From a virus (Duplodnaviria > Heunggongvirae > Uroviricota > Caudoviricetes), in IMG/VR virus record IMGVR_UViG_3300028653_000011: a stretch of 64,000 nt of DNA. The stretch is one strand, 5' to 3'. This document shows, piece after piece, positions 37,907 through 48,100 of the stretch (the stretch's first letter is position 1; the number at the start of each line of letters is the position of its first letter). Made by a program: the position numbers and the translations under genes. Below the pieces are notes generated by a model. That model was given only the letters and a program-made list of their open reading frames with translations. It was not told the DNA's origin and made no database searches.

Positions 37907-37978
37907 GCTCCTGTGGCCGAAGGAATAGGCGTCCGTCTTCTAAGCGGAGCAATGTGGGTTTGAATCCCACTGGGAGCA
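37907..37978 (+). tRNA. tRNA-Arg(TCT)
   Basis: loop CTTCTAA. Confidence 0.8.
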
Positions 37979-38130
37979 CTTCTGTTGTAGATCTTTCGGG
38001 GTGATGGTACAGTGGAGCCTGAGGTACAATTGCGCACGGTGTTGATGGCCATTTGGGCCAGATTTTTCACATGTGCGTGAGCCGTATATAGTGGACCTCA
38101 AGTTCATTTACCCTGAAAGGACGCTAAACA

Positions 38131-39147
38131 ATGAAACGTTTCCTGCTACTGGCGGGCGCTGCAACCATCGCCTGTCTTTCATCGACAGCACGCGCTGAAA
38201 ATTTTTCACTGCACATGCTCCCCGGCCTTGAAGTACCCATCACCCCTCCGCAGGGGACGCTGGTGTACAACCCGGGCGTGTCGCTCAACACCGAACTGCT
38301 CTTTGCGTTGTCACCCAACTTCGCACTTGGGCCCGCAGTTGAAGGTGCATACCTGCCTCGCTCGACGAACACCAATGAGAATGCGGGGGTGCTCTGGCAA
38401 TTGGGCGTGGCCGCACGATTGCAAGGTAATCGAAGCGGTGATGCGAGCGTCTCGCCGTGGCTCGAAGGTAACCTGTCGTACGCTCGTACGGGGGAACTCA
38501 ACCGACCTTCGTTTGGCATCCGCCTAGGCATTGACGTGTTCACTGATGATGCACATGTCGCCAGCAATGGTCCCTTCGTCGGTTACGTGCACACGTTCCA
38601 AACGTCGCAGACCGACTCACCGACTGTCGCCCTGCTCGACGGTCGCGACTACAACAGTTTTCAGGTGGGCTGGAGCGTCAACTTTGACTTTCCCGTGCAC
38701 CAGGTCGTCAAGACGACCACTCGCACCATCAAGGACGAGCGCATCGTCTACGTGCACGATACCCAAGTGCAGCCCGCGGCACCCGAGACGTTCACTGAGC
38801 GCGTCTACTTCAATTGGGACAGCGCCGTGATTCGTAATTGGGAACAGGCCGACAAGGTCGACGCCCTCATCAACAAGATGACGGCCGATCCCTTCATGAC
38901 GGTCAAGGTCGAGGGCCACGCTAGCCCCGACGGCAACTACCAGCACAACGTGGCCCTTGCGGCCAAACGCACCGCGTCCGTCGTCAAGTACCTCGTCGAT
39001 CACGGCGTTGATGCCAGTCGCCTGACGTCAGAGAGCTTCGGCCCCGATCGCCCCTTCGTTGCCAACACCAACCAAGAAGGCAAAGAGCGCAATCGCCGCG
39101 TCGAGTTCGACGTCAGCTTTAACACCACCAATTCATCGGTCAAGTGA
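38131..39147 (+). CDS. OmpA-family outer membrane protein
   Basis: signal peptide, beta-barrel-like N half, C-terminal VEGHAS...N..LA.KR...NRRVEF. Confidence 0.9.
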   Translation: MKRFLLLAGAATIACLSSTARAENFSLHMLPGLEVPITPPQGTLVYNPGVSLNTELLFALSPNFALGPAVEGAYLPRSTNTNENAGVLWQLGVAARLQGNRSGDASVSPWLEGNLSYARTGELNRPSFGIRLGIDVFTDDAHVASNGPFVGYVHTFQTSQTDSPTVALLDGRDYNSFQVGWSVNFDFPVHQVVKTTTRTIKDERIVYVHDTQVQPAAPETFTERVYFNWDSAVIRNWEQADKVDALINKMTADPFMTVKVEGHASPDGNYQHNVALAAKRTASVVKYLVDHGVDASRLTSESFGPDRPFVANTNQEGKERNRRVEFDVSFNTTNSSVK

Positions 39148-39155
39148 GGAATTAC

Positions 39156-39854
39156 ATGAAAACGCGCAACCTGTCAATCCTGTTCTGTCTCGCCCTCATC
39201 GCCGGGTGCAGTGCCTCGAGTTCGATCTTTCCGCCCACCGACGTTGGTGATGCGGGTGGAGACGTCGCTAGCGACGACGCTTCGGCATCGTCGAGTGGCA
39301 GTTCATCGGGTGGATCGTCCTCCTCTTCGAGCGGGCCGTCATCGTCTTCTGGCGGCACCGGATCTTCGTCGGGCGCCGTGGTTTGCCCTGACGCTGGCAT
39401 GTCGTCATCGTCGAGCAGCGGGTCTTCGTCTGGAGCCAGTTCTTCGAGCAGCTCTTCTAGCTCCTCTTCGGGTGCTAACTCGTCGTCATCTAGCGGTGGC
39501 TCGTCGAGTTCAAGTGGTAGCGGCTCTTCTTCAGGTTACGTGCACGATGCAGGGCCCGATGTGACTCCCTGTCCCGATGCAAGCAACGACGTTAACGTGC
39601 CCGACGGTGGCCATGACGCCGGCAGCGATGCCTCGCCACCCAAGGATGCATCGACCGACGCACCTAAGCCCAAGGATGCGGGCACCGACGCCAAGGTCTG
39701 TTACAATGACTGCGACGACACCTTGACGATCTGCACCAAGGATTGCGACGATCACTACTTCGGTGGTAGCAAAGACTGTGATGATTGTCACACGACGTGC
39801 ATCACCGTGCAAGTGGCGTGTCACAGCGACTGTGACGTCGCCTGCGGCAAGTAA
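39156..39854 (+). CDS. Ser/Gly-rich lipoprotein with DAG repeats and Cys-rich C-terminus
   Basis: lipobox LIAGC; poly-Ser; DAG/DAS motifs; Cx3C spacing. Confidence 0.8.
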   Translation: MKTRNLSILFCLALIAGCSASSSIFPPTDVGDAGGDVASDDASASSSGSSSGGSSSSSSGPSSSSGGTGSSSGAVVCPDAGMSSSSSSGSSSGASSSSSSSSSSSGANSSSSSGGSSSSSGSGSSSGYVHDAGPDVTPCPDASNDVNVPDGGHDAGSDASPPKDASTDAPKPKDAGTDAKVCYNDCDDTLTICTKDCDDHYFGGSKDCDDCHTTCITVQVACHSDCDVACGK

Positions 39855-40045
39855 ACAACGAAGGTATCCCGTCGTCCGGGGACAAAGTCAGGCGGTGAGG
39901 TACACGATGGGCATGTGGCCTACTTACTAGAGTAGGCCACATGCACTCGCATGCCCTTCTACGACCCAACATAGCTGGTTTAAGTCCAGCACGAGACGCT
40001 GTGTCTCTGGTCGTTAGCGCGTTCTTTGATAATCCGGAGGAAACT

Positions 40046-40420
40046 ATGAGTGACGTTAAACAAGTCATCGTTGTGCGACGCGACCTGAACATGAAGCGGG
40101 GTGAGTTGGCACAAGAAGTTGCGTTAGCATCGATGCAGTTCTTGGTCGATAATAACGAGGCTGAACGTGGCGATGAGATCATGGTGAAGTTGTCGCCTGC
40201 CGAAGCAGAATGGTTGATGTCAGGGTCGCTTTCTAGTGTGGTGGGCTGTGATAGTGCTGATGCGCTACATGACCTGATCTTTCAGGCTGATCTCGCTGAC
40301 GTCGAAGTCCACACCAGTTCAATTGACGTCGACGGTGCGCCTACGCTGACATGTGCTGCTTTTGGCCCTTGCACCGCAGATGAACTCGATCGGATTGTCG
40401 GTAACCTCAAGTTGATCTAG
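40046..40420 (+). CDS. peptidyl-tRNA hydrolase 2-like protein (divergent)
   Basis: KQVIVVRRDLNM.RG, TLTCAAFGP, IVGNLKLI; GGAGG RBS. Confidence 0.8.
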   Translation: MSDVKQVIVVRRDLNMKRGELAQEVALASMQFLVDNNEAERGDEIMVKLSPAEAEWLMSGSLSSVVGCDSADALHDLIFQADLADVEVHTSSIDVDGAPTLTCAAFGPCTADELDRIVGNLKLI

Positions 40421-40453
40421 AACGGTGTAACCGTGAATTGACTGTGGTAATTT

Positions 40454-40540
40454 GGAAGTGTACTCAAGAGGCTGACGAGGCCCGGTTGCTAACCGGGTGA
40501 TCCCTCACGGGATCCGTGCGTTCGAATCGCACCACTTCCG
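40454..40540 (+). tRNA. tRNA-Ser(GCT)
   Basis: loop TTGCTAA; long variable arm. Confidence 0.9.
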
Positions 40541-40550
40541 CGCAAATAAC

Positions 40551-40775
40551 ATGCAAATTTCGTGTCCCAATTGCAGTGAGCCAATCGAGCAGAACAGTGC
40601 CCCTGTCAGGGGTCCTGTCCACGATGGTTCTGAAGCGTGGGTGTGTCTCAAGTGTCCCACCGTCGTATGCGTTGGGTGCTATCACACCCACACTGCCAAG
40701 GAGCACCCGGAAGCGTATCAGCCTCACAAGCGGCCCACGAAAGGCGGCAAGAAAAATCAGAAGCACAAGAAGTAG
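40551..40775 (+). CDS. zinc-finger protein
   Basis: CPNC, CLKC, CVGC..H. Confidence 0.6.
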   Translation: MQISCPNCSEPIEQNSAPVRGPVHDGSEAWVCLKCPTVVCVGCYHTHTAKEHPEAYQPHKRPTKGGKKNQKHKK

Positions 40776-40785
40776 TGAGATACAT

Positions 40786-40870
40786 GGAACGGTGGCAGAG
40801 CGGCCTATCGCACCTGCTTTGAATACAGGAGGCCCGCAAGGGTCCGGGGGTTCGAATCCCTCCCGTTCCT
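40786..40870 (+). tRNA. tRNA-Ser(TGA)
   Basis: loop TTTGAAT. Confidence 0.85.
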
Positions 40871-40882
40871 CGGAGAAGTTGT

Positions 40883-41356
40883 ATGCCAACGCGCAAGATC
40901 AGGGACGTCGAGGAATTTCGCACCTGCACCGACCCGGAACACAACCCACCGTCGATGATGGTGTTTCAACCCGGCGTCTACGAACACGAGTGCCCGAGAT
41001 GCGGTCGCAAGATCGAATTCACGGTGCGATCCAAGTACATGATGAGCTGTGAACTGTTTCCCAAGGTGTCGCTCGACACCGCATACAACTCCAACGCGCC
41101 TGACTGGCCGCTAGTCAAGCGGTAATAAGCGCCGCTTTACACCACTAGAAGGATAGGTAAGACCATGTGTCTGATGTGCATGAAGGACAACATCTTCGAA
41201 GGACGCAATCCCACTTCGCTCGAACGAGCGCGCAAGCGGGCCCTCAAGATCAAGCAATTGCTGCTCGACGTGGACAATGAAGAACTGTGCTACGTCGGGG
41301 ATGCCGCCGTCGAACTCCTCAAGAAGGAGCAGTACGACTTGGCGAGAGAGCTGTAA
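40883..41356 (+). CDS. two small hypothetical ORFs (40883 zinc-ribbon-like; 41165)
   Basis: CPRC motif; start contexts. Confidence 0.6.
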
Positions 41357-41363
41357 CAGAACT

Positions 41364-41435
41364 GCGGGTGTAGCAGAGTGATAATGCGCGACGTTGCCCG
41401 CGTCGAGATCGTGGGTTTGATCCCCATCACCCGCT
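41364..41435 (+). tRNA. tRNA-Gly(GCC)
   Basis: loop TTGCCCG. Confidence 0.75.
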
Positions 41436-41455
41436 CAAGAGTGTAATATCAACAC

Positions 41456-42331
41456 ATGTTCCAGGGTCGACGTGTCGTGGTCTGCATCCCGGCGGGGCGC
41501 TATCGCTACTTGCGAGTGTTGCTCCCGTACCTGTTGTCACCGCGCAATTCGCAGGTCATTGATGAGATCAAGCTGTGGGTCAACACTGACGTACAGTCTG
41601 ATCTCGATTACTTCGCTCGCATGGAACAGACGCACCCCAAGATCAAGCGAGCCTATGCCGCAGGCGCACTCGACAAGTTGCTCTACGATGCGTCACGTGA
41701 CCACTATCAATACAACAACTCAGTGTATCGCTTCTACAGTGACTGTGTCGAGTCCAACACCCTCTACGTCAAGGTCGATGACGACATCTGCTACGTGCAC
41801 CCCGACTTCTTCACCAACATCTTCGCCAACGTCATTGCGCGCGAGAAGACCAACTTTGCCTGCGTGGGCAACGTCCTCAACATCCCATACACCAGCCAGA
41901 TCCTGCAGGACCGAGGCACCTTCGACGACAAGTTTGGTCACTCGACGGGTAATCCGCGGTGTCCCTTCGCCTGCACTTCAGGCGACTTCGCCGTCGGCCT
42001 GCACCGTCAGATCCTCGACCTCATCTCAATCAATGACATCGAGAGTACCTACTTCGACTCTCACTACATCACTGGTCGTCAACGGGTGGGCACCATGGCA
42101 TGGTCTGGAGAGAACTTTCAGACCTTCGGTGGACGAGTGGGCCCGCGGGATGAGGTTGAACTGACGACCCGGATCCCGGAGACCTTGCTCAAGCCCCTGT
42201 GGATAGTTGGGAACGCGGTCGTCAGTCACTTCGCCTTTAGTCACCAGAGGGCCGCCCTCGAAGATTCGACCAACATCCTCGGCAGATATTTAGCTCTGTC
42301 GATCCAATTGAACGGCGACATCGCCGCATGA
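41456..42331 (+). CDS. GT-A-fold glycosyltransferase-like protein
   Basis: IPAGR.RYL, LWVNT, YVKVDDDICY, VSHFAF..QR. Confidence 0.7.
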   Translation: MFQGRRVVVCIPAGRYRYLRVLLPYLLSPRNSQVIDEIKLWVNTDVQSDLDYFARMEQTHPKIKRAYAAGALDKLLYDASRDHYQYNNSVYRFYSDCVESNTLYVKVDDDICYVHPDFFTNIFANVIAREKTNFACVGNVLNIPYTSQILQDRGTFDDKFGHSTGNPRCPFACTSGDFAVGLHRQILDLISINDIESTYFDSHYITGRQRVGTMAWSGENFQTFGGRVGPRDEVELTTRIPETLLKPLWIVGNAVVSHFAFSHQRAALEDSTNILGRYLALSIQLNGDIAA

Positions 42332-42335
42332 GTTT

Positions 42336-42406
42336 GCGTCATTGGTGTAGTGGTAGCACGGTAGACTTCCAATCTATCTGCGTGGGTTCAAGTCCCACAT
42401 GACGCT
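42336..42406 (+). tRNA. tRNA-Gly(TCC)
   Basis: loop CTTCCAA. Confidence 0.9.
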
Positions 42407-42594
42407 CGAATGAAGAAGCAAGTCAAGCACGCTCGTAGGAAGGTGACACAGGCACAGGTCGATGCCATGAACCGGGAGCTCATTCTCCTCGGTTCAAAGC
42501 TTCGCTATGCCGTCGACGAAGACGGACGCTTGTGTGTGATCGAAGATTACACTCACGACTGTTGGTGAAGGACTCGAGGATCGCTGTCAACAAC

Positions 42595-42675
42595 GCCGAC
42601 GTGATGGAACGGTAGACAACGCACACTCAAAATGTGTGGCCGAAAGGCGTGAGGGTTCGACTCCCTCCGTCGGCA
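42595..42675 (+). tRNA. tRNA-Leu(CAA)
   Basis: loop CTCAAAA. Confidence 0.85.
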
Positions 42676-42725
42676 CCCTATGAAACGACCCTTCAACATA
42701 TACCATGGCTGTCTTTCAACGCCGA

Positions 42726-42800
42726 CGGCCATGGCACTCCCGGTAGGGGTCAGGATCCTTATAAGTTCCTGTGACGTGGGTTCAACTCCCAAGTGGCCGA
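42726..42800 (+). tRNA. tRNA-Ile(TAT)
   Basis: loop CTTATAA; TTCAA T-loop. Confidence 0.65.
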
Positions 42801-42845
42801 CGCCATTGTGAAAATTGGGCGCGCGGGTGGTACTATCCGTTCAAG

Positions 42846-43633
42846 ATGAGTGAACAAGATCCTGTTGTCACCGCGTTGATGAAGGTGGTGCTCAAGCACG
42901 AGCGCTACATCGGCCTGATTACCACCCTGGCACAGGTGGCTGCAGACCACTGTCGGTTGCTCGAAGCGGCGCTGATGGTGAGGTGCGATGCACGAGACGT
43001 GTGCACTAGTGCAGCGACAGTCAAACACGTGTTGTACGGCATCAATGCATGCGATCACTGTGCGGCTCAAGTCATCGTTAACGCATCAGCGTTGAATGGT
43101 GAAGACCAGTGGTCTGACCTGCCCAACGCGGAGCAGATCAGGCGGCTACAGGATCACCTGTGGGCGATGACCCGAGATGAAGAAATACCCTCGACGTTGC
43201 AGTGATGCCCATGAAGAAGGTCAGGATCACCCTCAACGCAGGTTCCACGGGCAAGAAGTTCTACCTATTTCCCAGCGTCGAGGCCCTTTACTTGTGGACG
43301 TGTGCAATGGATCGCGGCGAGGCACTCGAAGTGCCGGGCATCGAAGAATTGTTGCTCGAACCCGCTGACTTCATTGAGGCTGAACTGCTCGGGTTCGAGT
43401 ACGTCTATGATGACGCTAAACACCGGCGCTTTGACCTTGTCAGGTTGGGTCGGGCACACGGAACCAAGAATGCATCAGGATTGCAGATCAATGCACACCA
43501 AGGATGGGTGACTGGCAACCTGTTACCTTTGAAGCAATACTCCGACGCTCATATCAACATCAGGGTCATCAATCACGATGAAGAACGACTTGATCTAAGC
43601 ACATTGTTCAGCGACGAAGCAAGCGAAGATTAG
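42846..43633 (+). CDS. two hypothetical proteins (42846-43205, ~43205-43633)
   Basis: coupled ORFs at end of + strand arm. Confidence 0.6.
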
Positions 43634-43642
43634 GCGCGCCCG

Positions 43643-43900
43643 TCACGCCTGTACTGTCCACATGCCCTCGACTTCAACGTCCTGTAGTGTATGCCCGGAC
43701 GGGGGCGGAGATGTGGGATATACGCTGACCCAACGCTCTGTGATTGCTCCCGCGGCATAGTAACCGCTGATGACATAGTAGATAGTCGTCGTCAATACTG
43801 TTGGGTTGAGGGCACGGATGACAATGGCTGCGATACCATTGATCGACGCGTTGCTCTGGGGCAAGGCATTGCTGTTGAAAGTGCCGCCGAACGAACCCAT
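43643..43900 (-). CDS. small putative virion protein
   Basis: follows 43903 gene. Confidence 0.6.
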   Translation of the reverse strand: MGSFGGTFNSNALPQSNASINGIAAIVIRALNPTVLTTTIYYVISGYYAAGAITERWVSVYPTSPPPSGHTLQDVEVEGMWTVQA

Positions 43901-43902
43901 GA

Positions 43903-45147
43903 TTAGAAGTTGACCCCTGTCCGCGTCGAGTTAGTGCCCGGATTAGTGGTGCCGTTCCAAGGTACTGCGAACAGTGCGTTACCACCGTTGGTGCCGAGAA
44001 CGGCGATCGTTGAACCGCTGTTAGCACTGTTGGCATTAGCGTTGAAGACCTCGGTGATGGAATTGACGTAGCCGACGAGGCCGAAGTCAGGACTCTCCCT
44101 AACTATCACCGGAATCTTGAAGAGGTCGAGCGTCGCCGATGTGAACTGTTGATTAGGTTCCAAATTGGTGGTGTAGAGGTTATTGGTGTAGCGATCATTC
44201 CTGACACCTCTCGTTGGGTTCGTCATCTTGGCATTGACGCCACAGACACCTCCTTGCACCGCTGTAGTACCAGCGGTGTCGCCGTAGGTGCTGGCCACGT
44301 CAATGTAGGCCTGTGAACTTGCTTGCGAAGCGAACATGTACATGGGCATGGGACACGAGCTGGTCGTCGACCCTGCCGTCAAATTGGGAATGACGTCATA
44401 GACGCCGTGCATGCCAAAGCTGTCGTAGGAGTTGTTGTCGGTCTGATCGATGACAAAGAAGAACGAATCGCGGTCAGCCAAGAAGTGATAACGGAAGTTG
44501 ACGTTAGCGTTGGTAGTCGATGAGATGTAAGCGGCCATGTTGTCAGCGGTGGCGGCAAAGCTACCACCTTGGCCCGATGAACGGGGCAACACATGGAGCG
44601 TCGACGTTGACCCTGAACTCGGATTGTTCGATATGTTGGTCCACACCGGCGATGACTTATTGTCCTGGCCCCACCGACCCACCCCCGCAGTGCCCGTGCT
44701 GAACGTGGTGCCGTTCCAACAGTTGCCACCGTCGTCGCGCCAGGCGACCTGCCAGCCGAAGACAGGCTGATTACCGGAGTTGGCACCGAGATAGTGAGCA
44801 GGACCTCCAGGTGAGGTACCTGGTGCGTTGAGAAACGACCACTGAAACAACACGTAGTAATCGACGGCACGTGCCGAGATCGACCCATCGGGTGCAGAAC
44901 CCGATGGAATCCTATAGACAGCCCAAGCATTCTCGCCGAAGGGTTTAGCTTGATTGTAAAAGTTAGTGCCGCCCGAAAAGTTGCCTGCAGCCAACGATCC
45001 AGTCTGGAGCGCGATCAATTGTGCGTACGACGAGCTCTGCAATGTCTCGAAGAACTGGTAGCAGTTGGTGAAGATTTCCTGCATCGACGCTGTGTTCAGC
45101 GTCGTGTTTGTTAAACAGTCTACGCGTCCTTTCCATGTCCCAGCCAT
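43903..45147 (-). CDS. putative virion/tail-associated protein
   Basis: G/S/T/N-rich; in structural block. Confidence 0.7.
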   Translation of the reverse strand: MAGTWKGRVDCLTNTTLNTASMQEIFTNCYQFFETLQSSSYAQLIALQTGSLAAGNFSGGTNFYNQAKPFGENAWAVYRIPSGSAPDGSISARAVDYYVLFQWSFLNAPGTSPGGPAHYLGANSGNQPVFGWQVAWRDDGGNCWNGTTFSTGTAGVGRWGQDNKSSPVWTNISNNPSSGSTSTLHVLPRSSGQGGSFAATADNMAAYISSTTNANVNFRYHFLADRDSFFFVIDQTDNNSYDSFGMHGVYDVIPNLTAGSTTSSCPMPMYMFASQASSQAYIDVASTYGDTAGTTAVQGGVCGVNAKMTNPTRGVRNDRYTNNLYTTNLEPNQQFTSATLDLFKIPVIVRESPDFGLVGYVNSITEVFNANANSANSGSTIAVLGTNGGNALFAVPWNGTTNPGTNSTRTGVNF

Positions 45148-45169
45148 TGTTACGTCCTCTCGTTAACTA

Positions 45170-48100
45170 TCATAACCATTCTAGGTCAAGGCCAACATCA
45201 GTGATCGTACATGCCGTCCCACCCGTGTCGATCCACGCTCGCGCCGCCAAGATGCCTGAACCCGTCACTGATGACAATACTGGCGTCAGCGACACCGATT
45301 GTCTAGTCAGGGTACCCTGTGCGGAGCCCGTTAGGACAGCGCCGACGATGGGTCCAGGTGGAAAACGGACGATGCCGTTGTAGTCATACAGATCAACGTA
45401 GGCGTTGCCGCCAATGCCTGCAGGAGCCAACGACGCGCGGAAGGTGTAGTTGATGGTGTCGATCGACTTGTTGAGTTTGGTAGCATCGAAGTAGCACGAG
45501 CCCACCAGTTGTTTAGTACCCGAGTTCAATGTCGTCGTCGCTGCTCCGGCAAGAATGGGTAGGCCGTCAATGCGGTATTCTGTCGAGCCCGTCACTGACC
45601 CGCCGGCGCTGCCACTGATGATGACCTGTCCCAAGCTATTGGTGACGACGGTGACGTTGGGACCAGCGACGAGGTAGGCCAACCCGGTGTTCAACGTCGT
45701 CAAGCTGCCGCTGAGGCCCATCACCGCAGTCAGTGAGCCTGACACGAAGACGTCACCACCGAACAGCGCCTTGTTGCCGTTGTTGTGAGCGCCGCTGACG
45801 AAGAGGTAGACATCAGTGCCAATTTGTCCGGCCGTCCTACCTTGCGAATCGATGCTGACCGATGACGTAGTGTAGACGCCGTGCCCGGTGTCAGTCCACC
45901 CGCCTGCGGTGCTGAGGCCCTGACCGTTGGCACTGATCGTCAGGGTGCTGCCCGGGCCTAGGTCGGTGAAGACGATGCCGGTGCCTGCGGCCAGCGAACG
46001 GTCATTGGGCAATGACGCAGTGGTCGACAAGACGAGGTAACTGGCCTTGTCGTCACCCGTTTTGGTGTTGCCGACGACGATCTGTCCCAGTGAATTAGTG
46101 CTGATGCTGATGCCCGGGCCTAGGGGCACGATGAATGCCAAGCCACCCGACGTCTGGGTGATCGAGCCCGTCAGGCCACCGAGGATGAAGGCGCTGCCGC
46201 TGATGTAGACGTCACCCCCAAAGACTGACTTGCGGCCCGCTGAACCCGTCAGGCCGATGGTACCGCTGACGTAGAACCAGGTGTCGACGCCGTCCGTCGT
46301 CGCATAGAGACCCCGGGGATCAATCGCAATTGACGACGTGGTGTAGGCCTTATTGTTGCCGTCGACCCACACGCTGCCCCCACCACCCGTGCCACCACCA
46401 ATTGCGGTGATGGTCAGAGAACTTCCTGGGCCACCGTCGACCAACGAGATGCCACTGCCCGCTGCCAGTGTCCGTGCCTTGAGGTCTTGCGCTGAACCCG
46501 ACGCCAGCAGATACGATGCATAGAGGTCAGCACCCACCGCGCTGGAGACAATGAGATTGGGTCGTGACAGGAGCTGCAGCGACGTGCCACCCGATGACGT
46601 CAGGATCAGTGCATTGGGCAGTTGGGCGTCGGCGGTATAGAGGATGTAGTTCGCCGTCGGATCGGCACCGACGGACGATGACACATTGAACGTGGTCCCG
46701 CCACCGTTAGTGACTGACGTGCCGCCGTTGCCCGTGACGGTGACGACCGACGAACTGACGGTGACGACAGAACCCACTGTAGACGTTGAAGTACCGCCCG
46801 AACTAGTCACCGCAGTGATGGTGCCCGCGCCGCCCCCTGAACCACTGATGATGATCTGGCCCAAGGAATTGGTAGTGATGGCGATCGTGCCAGTGCCCAC
46901 AATGAAAGGATTACCGGCAGTAGGTGTCTGCGTCAGGCTGCCGGTGATGCCGTTCATGAATTTGCCGGCGCCACCAGACACATAGAAGATGGTGCCTGGA
47001 GGGGCGAATGACGCCGACGTGACGACGGCGATGGTGCCCGTCGAGTAGGCCTGATTGCCGCCGTCAAACCAGATGTTATCGACGTATTGGGTGATCGACT
47101 GGGTGATCGACTGGGTGATGGCGTTGGTGATGAAGCTACCAGTGTTGATGATGGCAGTGCCACCGCCGGTGTTGATGTCAATTCGCAGCCTTTTGATGCT
47201 CACTGTCAGAGTGACGCTTGGTTCGACGGCAGCACCGAAGACAAAGGCCATGTTGGCAATAGTTGGGTTGGCCGACTGCACGTTGGACATGTAGGTGATG
47301 TCAGTGCCGCCGCCCATCATGCCCAAGGGCTTGAAGGTGCTCAGTGAGGGGAAGGGCCCGCTGCTGACAGCAGCATGGTAGAAGCCGTAGAGAGGCGGCT
47401 GCATCAGGTTGCTGAACTCCATCATCCAACAACCGTCGACTGACGGGGTGACGATGTAGAAGCTGCCGTCCTCGGGCCCGAAGAGCTGGTGGTACTTCTG
47501 TGAGGCGATAGGGCTGCCCACGTCGATCTCATAGTCCCAACCTCCCGAGTTTCGGGTACCATATGCCATCGACGTCATTGACGACGTGGTGCCGTTGTCG
47601 GTGGCAATGAAGACATAAGAGTTGGCGCCGTTGGGATTGCTCACGTTCCAGGTGCCGACGTCGACGAAGACCCTGATGCATGTACCCCAATCGATGAGGT
47701 TGCTGATGTTCGCTAGTGAACAACTGAACAATGGAGCAGTGCGCTGTTGGATGGTATACGCCGAGAAGGGTGTATTACCGATGGGATTGAAGACCATACC
47801 GTCGGTGGTGCCCACGGAAACGTGGGTCACCTCGTGACTGCTGTTGGCCTTACCCCAAGTCAGTGACTGTCCTAGCGAGTTGGAGCCGATGCTGTAGTAA
47901 CCGTCGGTGGTGAAGCTGGCACTGGCCATGGTGGTGAAGTCGATGTCCATCACCGTCGTCCAACCTGAACCTGTGACATTGAAGATGCCACTAGCACCCG
48001 CAGAACCCGTGGGACCTGGCGCGCCAGTGGTGCCTGAAATGAGGATCAGCGCAGTGCCGCCGCCTTGGTCAATCGCGGTGACGGCCGAACCACTGAAGTT

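Noticed and set aside
39280-39535. Low-complexity TCG/TCT-rich tract as a DNA repeat array
   Set aside because: Explained by the poly-Ser linker with mixed codons.
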